From Octopus vulgaris (Eukaryota): a DNA stretch of 64,000 nt. The first letter of the stretch is position 1. Each line of letters begins with the position of its first letter. The notes under the pieces are model-generated. The model did no database searches, was not told the DNA's origin, and was given only the letters and a program-made list of their open reading frames with translations. Location: contig OX597831.1 in the NCBI GenBank assembly GCA_951406725.2, positions 66,216,001-66,280,000 of the forward strand, given 5' to 3'. The position numbers and the translations under genes are program-made. Of this stretch, positions 49,203 to 62,504 are shown in pieces.

Positions 49203-51780
49203 GTAAAATCCAGGGATCGAGGTGTAGGAAGAAAGTTAGCTTCAAACAATCTGTAGTGGATATAAAAAAACAACTTTCAGAAACAATAGTGGTTTATTGA
49301 GACAGAAGGTTGCAGATTTTTTTTTCTTTTTTATTTCCTCTCCAATTTCTCTTCCCTTCAAATGCCAATCCCACTATTGAATTCTGTGATTAAGCTAAAA
49401 CTACTATATTATCTACCTCCAACTCGTCCAAGTTCCTTCTTTTTTTTCCATTGCCCTATATTTTATTTTATTTTATTTATTTTATTTATTTATTTTTCTC
49501 TTCTTTCTTCCTTTCTTCTATTACGTACTTCTCCCCTCATTTATATACGCCTCACATACTATACCCTCCTCACAAAAACTCCTTGTAAATGTCACGTGCA
49601 ACATCACCTGCTTCGAGCTCACGTTTTTCATGTCATTTCTAGCTGTCGTGGGAATATTCCAAGCAGCTTAAAGTTCATATAAGCAAGGTCACGAAAATAA
49701 CTTACCTCTTGAAATTGCACTGATAAGTAGTATTATAAAGGCGAGCTGGCAGAACCGTTAGCATGCCGGGCGAAATGCTCAGCAGTATTTCGTCTACCGC
49801 TACGTTCTGAGTTCAAATTCCACCAAGGTCTACTTTGCCTTTCATCCTTTCAGGGTTGATAAATTAAGTACCAGTTACGCACTGGGGACGATGTAATCGA
49901 CTTAATCCCTTGTTTGTCCACTCTGTGTTTAGCCCCTTGTGGGTAGTAAAAAAATACATATTTTATAGTAATATTTTTAAACAATGGTTATGTGCATATG
50001 TGAGTGTGTGTATGCATTTTGCATGCACCTGTTTATATGCATATAAACCAACACACATATACACACATGTACTCATATATGCTTATACACACACACACAT
50101 ACAAGAGTTACATAAGGGAGTATGGGAAATTTGGACTACATATGTTTCAGAGTAAGTGGAACCTCAGAAGTGGTAAAATCCAATACTACTTATCAGTGCA
50201 ATTTCATGGGGTAAGTTATTTTTCGTGACCTTGGTTATATGAACTTTAAGCTGTTTCGAATATTCCCACAAGAGCTAGAAATGATATGAAAAATGTGAGC
50301 TTGAAGCAGGTGATTTTGCACGTGACATCTACAAGGAGTTTTTGTTTGTTTTTTTTTTAAAAAGCAGCATTAAGATAAACATTTTCTTCATTATATTCAT
50401 ATAGTATTTCAAAAATATATTCAAAATTGCAAATATTTCAAAGGGAAAGCAGGCTCAGAATATAATTGCTGAAAGATTGTAAACCTGTAACTGAAGTATT
50501 GAAATTAGGAATCTTTCAGTTGAAATCTACCAAAGAATACACTACACATATGCATTGAGTTCTTTCATTCATTGCTTCTGGTACATCAACAGAGATTTGT
50601 GTATGTGTGTGTGTAAATGTAAAATCCAGGGATCGAGGTGTAGGAAGAAAGTTAGCTTCAAACAATCTGTAGTGGATATAAAAAAACAACTTTCAGAAAC
50701 AATAGTGGTTTATTGAGACAGAAGGTTGCAGATTTTTTGTCTTTTTTATCTCCCCTCCAATTTCTCTTCCCTTCAAATGCCAATCCCACTATTGAATTCT
50801 GTGATTAAGCTAAAACTCCTATATTATCTACCTCCGACCTGTCCAAGTTCCTCCTTTCTCTCACTTCCCTATATTTTATTTTATTTTATTTTATTTATTT
50901 ATTTTTCTCTCCTTTCTTCCTTTCTTCTATTACTTACTTCTCCCCTCATTTATATACCCCTCACATACTGTACCCTCCACATATTCTGATTGAATCTTTG
51001 CATCAACATGCACCTCCTTACAACAATGTAGCCTTTAATCTAATCAAGATATCCTTGGCCTGAAGAGTAGCCGGTGGTATGCACCTCACTTGGATTTTAC
51101 CACTTCTGAGGTTCCACTCACTCTGAAACATATGTAGTCCAAATTTCCCATACTCCCTTCTGTAACTCTTGTATGTGTGCGTGTGTGTGTGTTTGTGTGT
51201 GTGTGTGTGCGTGTGTGTGTATAAGCATATATGAGTACATGTGTGTTTATGTGTGTTGGTTTATATGCATATAAACAGGTGCATGCAAAATGCACACACA
51301 CACACTCACACACTCACTCACATATGCACATAACCATTGTTTAAAAATATTACTATAAAATATTACTTTATAATACTACTTATCAGTGCAATTTCAAGAG
51401 GTAAGTTATTTTCGTGACTTTGCTTATATGCACTTTAAGCTGTTTGGAATATTCCCACGAGTGCTGGAAATGACATGAAAAACGTGAGCTTGAAGCAGGT
51501 GATTTTGCACGTGACATCTACAAGGAGTTTTTGTTTGTTTTTTAAAAAGCAGCATTAAGATAAACATTTTCTTCATTATATTCATATAGTATTTCAAAAA
51601 TATATTCAAATAGCAAATATTTCAAAGGGAAAGCAGGCTCAGAATAGCTGCTTTAAAGATTCTAAACCTGTAACTCAAGTATTGAAATTAGGAATCTTTC
51701 AGTTGAAATCTACCAAAGAATACACTACACATATGCATTGAGTTCTGTCATTCATTGCTTCTGGTACATCAACAGAGATT

Positions 51781-51840
<60 letters not shown>
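49160..51840. repeat. Tandem duplication (about 1.2-1.4 kb units) with internal inversion and triplication
   Basis: 49195-49570 = 50610-50980; 50183-50600 = 51372-51785; 49570-49738 and 49958-50183 are inverted copies of 51365-51535 and 51090-51362. Confidence 0.9.
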
Positions 51841-51842
<2 letters not shown>

Positions 51843-52912
51843 TTGAGGTCTCTGGGTGAGACTTGGAGCCAGCTTGTGCAAATGTAAAGCAAAAGTCAAG
51901 CATATAATAATAATAATTCTTTTTTGCTCACAAGAGGGGATAAACAAAAACAGACAAAGGGATTAAGTCGATTACATCGACCCGAGTGCGTAACTGGTAC
52001 TTTATTTATCGACCCTGAAAGGATGAAAGGCAAAGTCGACCTCGGCGGAAATTGAACTCAGAACATAACGGCAGACAAAATACCGCTAAGCATTTCACCC
52101 GGCACGCTAACGTGTCTGCCAGCTCGCAGCCTTATAATAATAATCATAATAATAATGTGTGCATGTGCATATGTGCATTTGTGTTATTACCTTACTTATG
52201 TGCATGTCTGGTTACCTCTTATCTAATCTTTAATCCTTATCTTATGTCACTGTAAATCTCTAACATGACCACAGTTAGTTAATCTAAAATCATGACACAG
52301 TCGTCTGATCCATAGCCTACATGGCTATTTATTTCTTCATATTTAGTCTTTGATGACTTATTATATATTAATATTTCTATAACAACCAGCCTTCAACTTG
52401 AACTAGGTTCAAATTACAAGCTTCAGCAGAAGCTTACAATGAATTTGTACTATACTGAAAACTTGATAATATTCAACAACTCTTTAAGGACATTATTGGA
52501 AAAATATGTAAGAGAGTAAGCTGAGATTAATTCATCATCATCATCATCATCGGTTAATGTCCACTTTCCATGCTAGCATGGGTTGGACTGCTTGGATATC
52601 TATTTTTATCTATTGTTTTCTAAATATGCTGTCAAGTCTAATTTTCACCTCATTCCGTGCACCTAGAACACTAAATATGAACTGTTAGACTTCGTTGCTC
52701 TACCAACAACAAATACAAACTAAAGTTGTTTGTTATAAGCAGTGTGCTGTTTCCCAGAAATGTGCCATTTAGTTACATATCTTGATAGAAGCACTGAGAA
52801 ACAACTCTAACCAGTACCTCTGTTTTCCATCAGATCATGTATTTCTGTTCATATAATTTAAATATAAAAAAACTATTAGCTTTTTATTGCCATTATTTAT
52901 TTATTTATTTCC

Positions 52913-53190
52913 ATTCTTCTTCTTCTTCTTCTTCTTCTTCTTCTTCTTCTTCTTCTTCTTCTTCTTCTTCTTCTTCTTCTTCCTCCTCCTCCTCCTCCTT
53001 CTTCTTCTTCTTCTTCTTCTTCTTCTTCTTCTTCTTCTTCTTCTTCTTCTTCTTCTTCTTCTTCTTCTTCTTCTTCTTCTTCTTCTTCTTCTTCTTCTTC
53101 TTCTTCTTCTTCTTCTCATTATTATTATCATAATAATAATAATAATAATAATAATCATAATAATAATAATAATGATGATAATAATAATAA
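52913..53190. repeat. (TTC)n of about 200 bp followed by (ATT/ATA)n
   Basis: Direct observation. Confidence 0.95.
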
Positions 53191-54179
53191 GGCAGTGAGC
53201 TAACAGAATTGTGCCAGGAAAAAGCAGCATTTGGTCATCCTTACATTCTAAGTTCAAATTCCACCAAAATTGACTCTGTCTTTCATCCTTTTAGGGTCGA
53301 TAAAATAAGTACCAGTTGAACACCAGGTCTGACGTAATCAGCTTACTCCCTCCCCCAAACTTACCGGCCCTGTACCAAAATCTGAAACTATTATTATTAT
53401 TATTATTATTATTAAGGTAGTGAACTGACAAAATCGATACCATGCTGGGCAAAATGCTTAGCAGCATTTCGTTTGTCTTTACGTTCTAACTTCATAATTC
53501 TGCCAAGGTCAACTTTACTGTTCTTCCTTCCAGGATCGCTAAAAGAATTACCATTTGAGCACCGGAGTCAATGTAATCAACTTACCCCATCCCCCAAAAT
53601 TGTGCCAAATTTGAAATCATTATTTGAGAAATTTGAAAGGGAGGTGGAGCTACAGGCTTGTGACATAGAGGGCAACTGGGAATTCCTGAGGGACAACTTG
53701 CTGAGTGCCACAGACCAATTCTGTGGCTGGTGCCAAGTCACAACTGGAAAAAAGCGTTAGCAGGAAGACAATCCAAAATTTCTATAGAGGCTGTGTGGCA
53801 CTTTGGGTAGGTGTCTTCTACTATAGCCCCGAGCCGACCGGAGCTTTGTGATTGAATTCGGTAGGCGGGAGTTACTGCCGTGTGTGTATGTGTGCGTATA
53901 GCTGCTCAGTGCCTCTCCGAAAGAGAGAGAGAGTGGGGATGAGTTGAGCTGGCAGAAACGTTAGCATGCCGGGTGAAATGCGTAGCCGTATTTTGTCTGC
54001 CGTTACGTTCTGAGGTCAAATTCCGCCGAAGGGCGACTTTGCCTTTCATCCTTTCGGGGTCGATTAAATAAGTACCAGTTACACACTGGGATCGATGTAA
54101 TCGACTTAAACCCTTTGTCTATCCTTGTTTGTCCCCTCTATGTTTAGCCCCTTGTGGGTAGTAAATAAATAGGTATGAG

Positions 54180-55410
54180 TGACACTGGCCTAGGATTGAC
54201 TCTAAGCATCAACAAGAACTGTCTGAGTGGTCTCTTTCAGAGGACTTTCTGGCTGAAGATCATGAACAATTTTCAAAAGTCTTTGGCATGGCTGAGCTAC
54301 GTGGGTGGGGGTGCATTGCCTGTTTGAGACAAGCCAAACCTGCCCATGATGCATGCAGGTGGACAAAACCGTCATGCATGCAATCATTTGGAGTCTGTAT
54401 GTTGAGCAGCTGCTGCCTCATGTAAGACAAATCTACCAAGTGTAGGCGTAGGAGTGGCTGTGTGGTAAGTAGCTTGCTCACGAACTACATGGTTACGGGT
54501 TCAGTCCCACTGCATGTCACCCTGGGCAAGTGTCTTCTGTTATAGCCTCAGGCCAACCAAAGCCTTGTGAGTGGATTTGGTAGATGGAAACTGAAAGAAG
54601 CCCGTCATATGTATATATATATATATATGTATGCATGCGTGTGTATATATTGTGTGTCTGCGTTTGTCCCCCAACATCGCTTGACACCCAATGCTGGTGT
54701 GCTTACATCCCCGTAACTTAGCGGTTCGGCAAAAGAGACCGATAAAATAAGTACTAGGCTTACAAAGAATAAGTCCTGGGGTCGATTTGCTCGACTAAAG
54801 GTGGTGCTCCAGCATGGCCACAGTCAAATGACTGAAACAAGTAAAAGAGTAAAAGAGAGTAAAGAGTATACCACCTTCCTTTAGCAGAGAAGGAAGGAAG
54901 AGCTTTCTCTGTTCCGTAGCTGGAGTTATAGAGATTGTGCAGTGGATCTATCTAAAAATTTAATGACAGGCACTTTCCTATCTGGCCAAGCTCTCATCAA
55001 TTTCTTTACATATCATTCGAAGAGGAAGGCAAGAGTGGAGAGAGAGGCGCTGCTTTCTAGTGTTTATCAAAAGGTGGACGAGAGTGGCAAGGCTGGTGAG
55101 ACTGAATGGATCTACTCTGACCATGCTTTTCTAAGCAGAAGGAAAGAAACTGGAAGAGGGCATTTTTTCCCATGCTTTGGGAATGGTAGAGTAATCTGGG
55201 AGTTTTGCATGAGATTTATCCCAGATTACCCTAAGTGGACTACCCTTCTATTAGGTATTCTATTCATTAATTATTTACTTCTCTAACTTCTATTTATCTA
55301 TCTTTTGTTGTATCCTTTGATATTGTGGGCCCTATAACGATCGATATAGGGCCCACTTGTTTTCTATCTTATCTTTTGATATTGTTCTCCATGTGGCCAA
55401 TAAAAGAAGT
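54180..55410 (+). mobile_element. L1/Tx1-like LINE 3' fragment interrupted by SINE A (54445-54866)
   Basis: NNFQKSLAW..GALPV.DK..TCP.C...KTVMHA and KRKARVERE remnants; AATAAA at 55399 then a (TAT)n tail. Confidence 0.6.
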
Positions 55411-55440
55411 TATTATTATTATTATCATTATTATTATTAT

Positions 55441-55996
55441 TGAGTGAGAGAGCAGTTCATGCCATCAAAGTGACACTGGGGTAAAATATACGAAGCCCAA
55501 TATACCCATCATGACTACCCGTCTGATAAGGGTACACCAGGCACATGCATCACAACCATATGTGCGCGACATGGTGATCTCATATCAAGATAAACAGCAC
55601 ATGACCTTGCAGGTGGGGCCCAGTTAGAAATTTCTTCAGGTTGAGTAGCCCATCCCGCTCAAAAGGTCCCTGAATAAGGGTTGTTTAAGGATGTTGAAAG
55701 AACCACCCATGTTTCCAGAGGTGAATTATTCAAACCCCAAAGAATCCCTCTCAACACATGGCTATGATGCTCCCCCACTACTTCTGCTCGTGATCAGAGA
55801 TGCACATATCGTCAGCCACTAAGGGACATGCTCAACAGGTTAAGGTCAAACAACTGACAAGCAAATCTGTGGTATTGAGCAGAATATTTGCTGTAGCCCA
55901 TCTTTTATACCAAGACAAAACAATGTACATGATAACACTTCCAATCAGTTAAGATCAGAAGCCATGAGAGCCACTGCCTGGTATTGCATCAGGGCA

Positions 55997-56046
<50 letters not shown>

Positions 56047-56590
56047 CACCAAGGTTGACTTTACCTTTCATCCTTTCAGGATCAAAGTGACACTGGTGTA
56101 AAATATATGAAGCCCAGTATACCCGTCTGATAAGGGCACACCAGGCACATTCATCACAACCATATGTGCATGACATGGTGATCACATATCAAGATTAACA
56201 GTGCATGACCTTGCAGGTGGGGCCCAGTTAGCATTTTCTTCAGGTCGAGTAGCCCATCCCACTCAAAAGGTCCCTGGATAAGGGTTGTTTAAGGATACTG
56301 AACAAAACATTCATGTTTCCAGAGATGAATTATTCAAACCCCAAAGAATTCCTCTCAACACATGGCTATGATGCCCCCCATCACTACTTCTGCTCGTGAT
56401 TAGTGATGCACATATCATCAGCCACTAAGGAACATGCTCAACTGGTTAAGGTCAAACAACTGACAAGCAAATCTGTGGTATTGAGCGGAATGTTTTCTGT
56501 AGCCCATCTTTTATACCAAGACAAAACAATGTACATGATGACACTTCCAATCAGTTAAGATGAGAAGCCATGAAAGCCACTGCCTGGTAC
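55441..56590. repeat. Two tandem copies of a about 500-550-bp non-coding interspersed element in (TTA)n
   Basis: 55464-55985 matches 56082-56590, with a short deletion in the second copy. Confidence 0.85.
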
Positions 56591-57096
56591 TATTATTATT
56601 GTTACTTATCAAGTCGGCAAGCTGGCAGGATCGTTAGCACGCTGGATGAAATGCTTAGTGGTATTTCACCTGAAGGCGGCAAGCTGGCAGAAATGTTAGC
56701 ACGCTGGCGTGCCGGGTGAAATGCTTAGTGGTATTTCGTCTGCCGCTACGTTCTGAGTTCAAATTCCGCCGAGGTCAACTTTGCCTTTCATCCTTTAGGG
56801 GTTGATTAAATAAGTACCAGTTACGCACTGGGGTCAATATAATCGACTTAATCCGTTTGCCTGTCCTTGTTTGTCTCCTCTGTGTGTAGCCCCTTGTGGG
56901 CAGTAAAGAAATAGGTATTTCACCCGTTGCTACATTCCGAGGTCAACTGTACTTTTCATCCTTTCAGGGTTGATAAAATAAGTATCAGTTGAAGGCTGGG
57001 GTCGAAGTAATAGATTTGCCCCACTCCCAAAATTGCAAGCCTTGTGCCAAAATTTAAAACCATCACTATTATTATGATTATTATTATTATTATTAT

Positions 57097-59639
57097 TCAG
57101 TAGTTTTATTTTTATAGCGTGCTTTCACTTCACTACTGAGTGCAGCTCTGTGTGCCTTGGGTATGTGCTGTGGTTTGGTTTGATGCTCTGATGGTTACTG
57201 TATTGAAAGTGTTTTGCGTAGTAGTGCAATTTTCTGTATGTTATATATATTTGTAAGTCCTGGTGTTTTTGCTATGTATTTGTCTGAATATTTTTTTTAT
57301 CATACTTAATTCGCCTACTATGATAGGAACTGTTTCTGTTTTTAGATTCCACATTCGAGTTACCTCTATTTCCAGGTCTTTGTATTTTGAAAGTTTCTCC
57401 ATTGTCATCTGCTGGTATTGATACATCAATTAGAAAGCATTTTTTTCTTTATGATCTCTGACAACTTTATCTGGCCTATTGGCCTTAATTTCTCTATTTG
57501 TGTGTGTTGGCATATCCCAGAGTATGGTTGCTTTCTCACTTTCTGTGACCTTTTCTGATGTGTGCCTAAACCATCTTTTTTCTGTTGTTATTCCATAGAG
57601 TTGGCATAGCTTCCAGTGTATGTAGGTCCCAGCTCTGTTGTGTCTGTGAATATATTCCTTCTTAGCCAGGACTGGGCAACCAGAGATAATATGATATATT
57701 GTTTCTTGTCCATCTCCACATATTCTGCAGTTACTTGTTATGTTCCTTTTCATTATATATTTTTGGTAATTTCTGGTGGGGAGGCTTTGGTCTTGTTTTG
57801 CAATTAATAATCCCTCTGTCTCTGCTTTAAGTCCAGAGCTTCTCAACCATTGCTGGGATTTTTCTCTGTCTATTTCTTTTGCCTTTAGTTTAGTCCAGTA
57901 TTTGCCATGAAGGGGCTTTTCTTGCCATCGTTTTATCATGGTCCATTGCTGTTCTAATTTTAGTTTGGATTTCATTTGTTTTATAGCTTTTTTTTTTCTT
58001 CTTCTTCTTCTTCTTCTTCTTCTTCTTCTTCTTCTTCTTCTTCTTCTTCTTCTTCTTCTCCTCCTCCTCCTCCTCCTCCTTCTTCTTCTTCTTTATATTT
58101 GTTAGGTAGTATGATTTCTTGTTTGTATTTGTCAGCTTCCTTAAATACTGAGAACATTTTTTTTGTTTTGCTTGTGTTTTGCCGCTATTTGTATCAGTTT
58201 TCCTTGCTTCTGAAGTAGATATTTTTGCAGTCTTATGGTGGTTATTTTATAATAGTTTTCCAGCTGTATATGCTTCTACCACCTTCTATACGTTGTATAT
58301 ATAGCCTTTCTATGTCAGATTTTGGGTGGTGAATCCTAGATCCTGTTATTATTTTTCTTGTTTTCCTGTCTATTTTGGTTAGTTCATTTAGTGTCCAGTT
58401 AAGGATATTGTAGCTGTAACTTATAACTGGGACGGCTAAAGTGTTAATACCTACTATCTTGTTTTTAGCATTGAGCTCTGTTTTTAGTATTGATCTAACT
58501 CGTCTATAGTATTCTTTCTTTATTTTCTCTCTCATTTGTGTGTTGTATCATATCTAGTTCATGGATTCCTAAATATTTGTATGTCTGGCTTTGATCTAAT
58601 TCTCTTATTTCATTGGCTTTATCTAGCATGATGTTGCTACTCTTAACTAGTTTTCCTCTTTTCAGGGTTGCTTTGGTGCATTTTTCTAATCCAAATTTCA
58701 TATCTATTTCTTTGATAAATCCATGTGCTGTCTGTAGTAGTGTTTCCAGCTGTTTGTCATTTGTAGCGTATAGTTTTAGGTCATCCATATATAAAAGGTG
58801 GCTGATTGTTTTGCCGTAACATTTGTATCTACATCCAGTTCTATTTAGCATATCAGATAGAGGTGTCAGTGCCAAGCAGAAATGGAGTGGAGAGAGCGTG
58901 TCTCCCTGGAATATTCCTCTTCTAATGGGGATGGCTTTGGTTTTCACGAGTCCCTCTTTTGTTTGGAGCTGTAGCACTGTCTGCCATTTATTCATAGAGT
59001 GTCCTATGTATTTTATAATTATTGGTGCTACCTTGTTAATGACTAGTGTTTTGAGGATCCATGTGTGAGGAATGCTATCAAAAGCCTTTCGGTAGTCGAT
59101 CCAGGTCATACTGAGGCCTTTCTTCTTTCTGCGGCTGTCTTCAGTTATGGCTTTATTGATCATTAGTTGATCTTTACAGCCATATGAGCCCTTGCAGAAT
59201 CCCTTCTGCTCTTCTGGAAACAGGTTGTTTTTCTTCCAGATGCATGTTCAATCTTTGTGATATTACCGCAGTAAAGGCTTTGTACATTGTAGGGAGACAG
59301 GTTATAGGTCTGTAGCTTTGTGGCTTTGTTGCTTCATTGGATTTGGAAATTAGGATGGTTTTCCCTTTCGTGAGCCATTCAGGCATTATCTCTGGCTCTG
59401 CTAGTATGTCGTTAAAGTTTTCAGCCAGCTTTTTGTGTATTCTTGTCAGATATTTGAACCAGAAGTTGGGGATCTTGTCGTACCCAGGTGCCTTCCAGTT
59501 GCTTAGTCTTTGCAGTGCCTGGGTGATGTCTTCAGTTGTTATGGGGGTCCAGAGTTGCTCAGGTGCTAAGTTTGTTGTTTTAATAGTCCTTTTCTGTGGT
59601 TGTTCATTCACTGAACATAGTTCTTTCCAAAATTCTTCC

Positions 59640-59641
<2 letters not shown>
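57097..59641 (-). mobile_element. Second R4/Dong-clade LINE (frameshifted) in (TAA)n
   Basis: YRPITCLPTMYK, WIDYRKAFDS, FQGDTLSP, YMDDLKLY, CRICG..ETIYHIISGC, ILWDMP, NRPD and KYKDLEIE motifs; internal (GAA)n expansion. Confidence 0.9.
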
Positions 59642-59670
<29 letters not shown>

Positions 59671-59701
59671 CTTCTTCTTCTTCTTCTTCTTCTTCTTCTC
59701 C

Positions 59702-59763
<62 letters not shown>

Positions 59764-60632
59764 GTTACTACTACTACTACTACTACTACGACTACTACTA
59801 CTATTATTATTAAGGTGGCGAACTGGCAGAATCATTAGCTCACCAGGGAAAATGCTTAGCAGGATTTCATCCATCCTTATGTTCTTAGTTCAAATTCCAC
59901 TGAGATCACCTTTGCCTTCATGGGGGTCAATGAAACAAGTACTAGTAACGCACTGGGGTCACTGTAATCAACTAGCCCCTTAACCCAAAGTTTCAGGCCT
60001 TGTGCCTATAGTAGAAAGTATTATTATCATCATCATCATCATCATCATCATTAACAATTGACATAAATTTGCTTGAAGTTTAAAATAAATCTAAGAAAAT
60101 CATTAGCATTAAACATCATCAAGTTTCTGGAAATACTTTATATTATCTTAATAATGATCTTAGCTTTTACTATCTTTTTTGCACTCTGTAATTAAACTTC
60201 TTTTTTTGTTTTGTTTTAGATTTTACACCTATGTTTCATCATTTTAAATCCGTTTTAATTGCAATAAAGCACACTACTCAAAATAGATGTTGAATTTATG
60301 AACCAAAACTTATGATTCTCTTCCTTCATATCTCCTCATATTTTTTTATAAACTAAGGCAGATATGAAGAATAATATCTTAGAATTTGTGATTTTAACTT
60401 TGGATTGACTCCTTAAGTTTCTTTAATTTACTTTGTAATGCTGTTTGAGGATGATGAGCAGTACCATGTAGAATATAGGTTTGCCATGAAAACTTGTGGA
60501 TTTTAGTCTGCAACTAAAGTATATTTCCCTTTTTAAGGAGCAGTTCCTGTAAAAAAAAAAGATATTTAACTATAAAATTTGATGCTTCGAAGCTTCAACA
60601 TATCTAACTAATGTCAATCTGTTTTATTTCAG

Positions 60633-60832
60633 ATAAACAACAGGAATTAGATGTGCCAACACTAAAGGTAGAAGACACAGATAGACCAGGAAACAAAGAT
60701 ATATTTCAAAAGGACAAGAACCGACCAATGTGTCAGATTTCTGGAGTACGGAAACTGAAGCATACTAACAGCTTCACTGGTGTTGTTCCAAAACATGGAG
60801 TGGAGACGCCTCACAGAGAAGAACTTGGGAAG
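60633..60832 (+). CDS. PDE4: PDE4 exon, LR2 (D-KQQELDVPTLKVED...PMCQISGVRKLKHTNSFTGVVPKHGVETPHREELGK)
   Basis: DKQ.E and PM.QISGV.KL.H..S motifs; acceptor tttcag, donor AAG|gtactt; 200 nt, phase 1->0. Confidence 0.95.
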
Positions 60833-60866
60833 GTACTTCCTTCTTTTTTGTTCTTTGAAATAGGAT

Positions 60867-61270
60867 TACTCTTTTACTCTTTTACTCTTTTACTTGTTTC
60901 AGTCATTTGACTGTGGCCATGCTGGAGCACCACCTTTAGTCAAGCAAATCGACCCTGGGACTTATTCTTTGTAAGCCCAGTACTTATTCTATCGGTCTCT
61001 TTTGCCAAACCGCTAAGTGACGGGGACGTAAACACACCAGCATCGGTTGTCAAGCAATGCTAGGGGGACAAACACAGACACACAAACATATACACACACA
61101 TACATATATACATATATCCGACAGGCTTCTTTCAGTTTCCATCTACCAAATCCACTCACAAGGCTCTGGTCGGCCCGAGGCTATAGCAGAAGACACTTGC
61201 CCAAGATGCCACGCAGTAGGACTGAACCCGGAACCATGTGGTTGGTAAGCAAGCTACTTACCACACAGCC
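60867..61270 (-). mobile_element. SINE family A copy about 35 nt downstream of the LR2 exon donor
   Basis: Matches family A. Confidence 0.88.
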
Positions 61271-61305
61271 AAAAGTCAATTACAATTTGATTAAGAAAAT
61301 CTAGT

Positions 61306-61337
<32 letters not shown>

Positions 61338-62274
61338 AAAGAGAGATTAAAAAATGTTCAAAATAATGTAAAGTGTATCAGTTATGAGAATTACATAAAT
61401 TTATAAGCTTTAAAAAAAGAAACATTTTATTCAGTTCAAGCACCAGGCTTAATTAAAAAATTAATTAAATATTAATTAAAAAATTGCATTCTCCTGCAAT
61501 TTAACCCAGTATATTAAATTGATGAAGATGAGATTTGTTTTAAATTAATAGTAAGGAATATTTTATACTCTTTAATACAAGCAAGTTTTAGGGCATTTAG
61601 TGTATCACAGTCAATAATACAAATTTTTGGTGATCCTAGCAAAGTGAAATCCAAGCCTGAATGAAATACCAGTCTAGACTCAATCATAGTCCAGCTGGTA
61701 TCAGTTAACGTTAAGAGTGTAGCATTCAGCTTTTCATTAGTGTTGTTTTGGGAGGCAAAACTAAAAGACACCAGTTGATGCTGGTCAAGTGAATGGACAA
61801 AACTTTTCAGGATTTTATGGCACTGGATGTCATACCATTTATTTTGGACTAATCAATTGTCCACAGGTTTAAGGCCTTAGGTGTCATAAGCAGTTTAGTA
61901 TGCTCTGATTGAGAGCAACTCAAGAGACTAGTAGTGATAAATATGTCAGCTGTTCTAATTATACTTGGGACCAAAGAACAAAGCAGATGTATTTAATATG
62001 GATAGTAGCTTATTACATCCAGTTTCAACCAACTAGATTTTCAATATTGCTGTTACACTTTGCTTCATAATAAGATGTTGGGGATCTGTTGATTCAGGTT
62101 GGGGTGGAAAGTTTTTCCGAAATCGTTTCAAGATAGGGGCTGTATTTTCACATTAGCATGACTCTTGATTGCACAGGATTAAAGATGTTTCTTTGTATAT
62201 TTTGTACATTATGTTAATCTCAAATGAACAATTTATAAATTCATCTATGACTACCTTTTCTTCTCATTCTCTAG

Positions 62275-62373
62275 CATTTGGCAGATATTGACAAGTGGGG
62301 AATCGACGTGTTTAAGATTTCAGAATATTCTAACAATCGACCTTTGACTTGTGTTACATATACTATATTACAG
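62275..62373 (+). CDS. PDE4: PDE4 exon, catalytic domain start (HLADIDKWGIDVFKISEYSNNRPLTCVTYTILQ)
   Basis: KWG..VF...NRPLT motif; acceptor ctctag, donor CAG|gtctgt; 99 nt, phase 0. Confidence 0.95.
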
Positions 62374-62504
62374 GTCTGTAATCAAATTTATACTTTATTT
62401 AGCTCTTAAAATTAGTAACTGAAGCTTTGAAGCTTCTGTTGTAATTCAGTTTAATTTCATATGATGCACCTCTATTTAAATTCTATTTAAACTATATTGC
62501 CTAA

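Noticed and set aside
51055-51090. CTGAAGAG half hammerhead in segment E of the duplication
   Set aside because: No downstream stem II partner with GAAA; at most a truncated relic.
51387-51400. AG-flanked 14-nt segment with strong donor GAG|gtaagt in triplicated segment B
   Set aside because: Not frame-preserving and the pyrimidine tract is poor; no support as a coding microexon.
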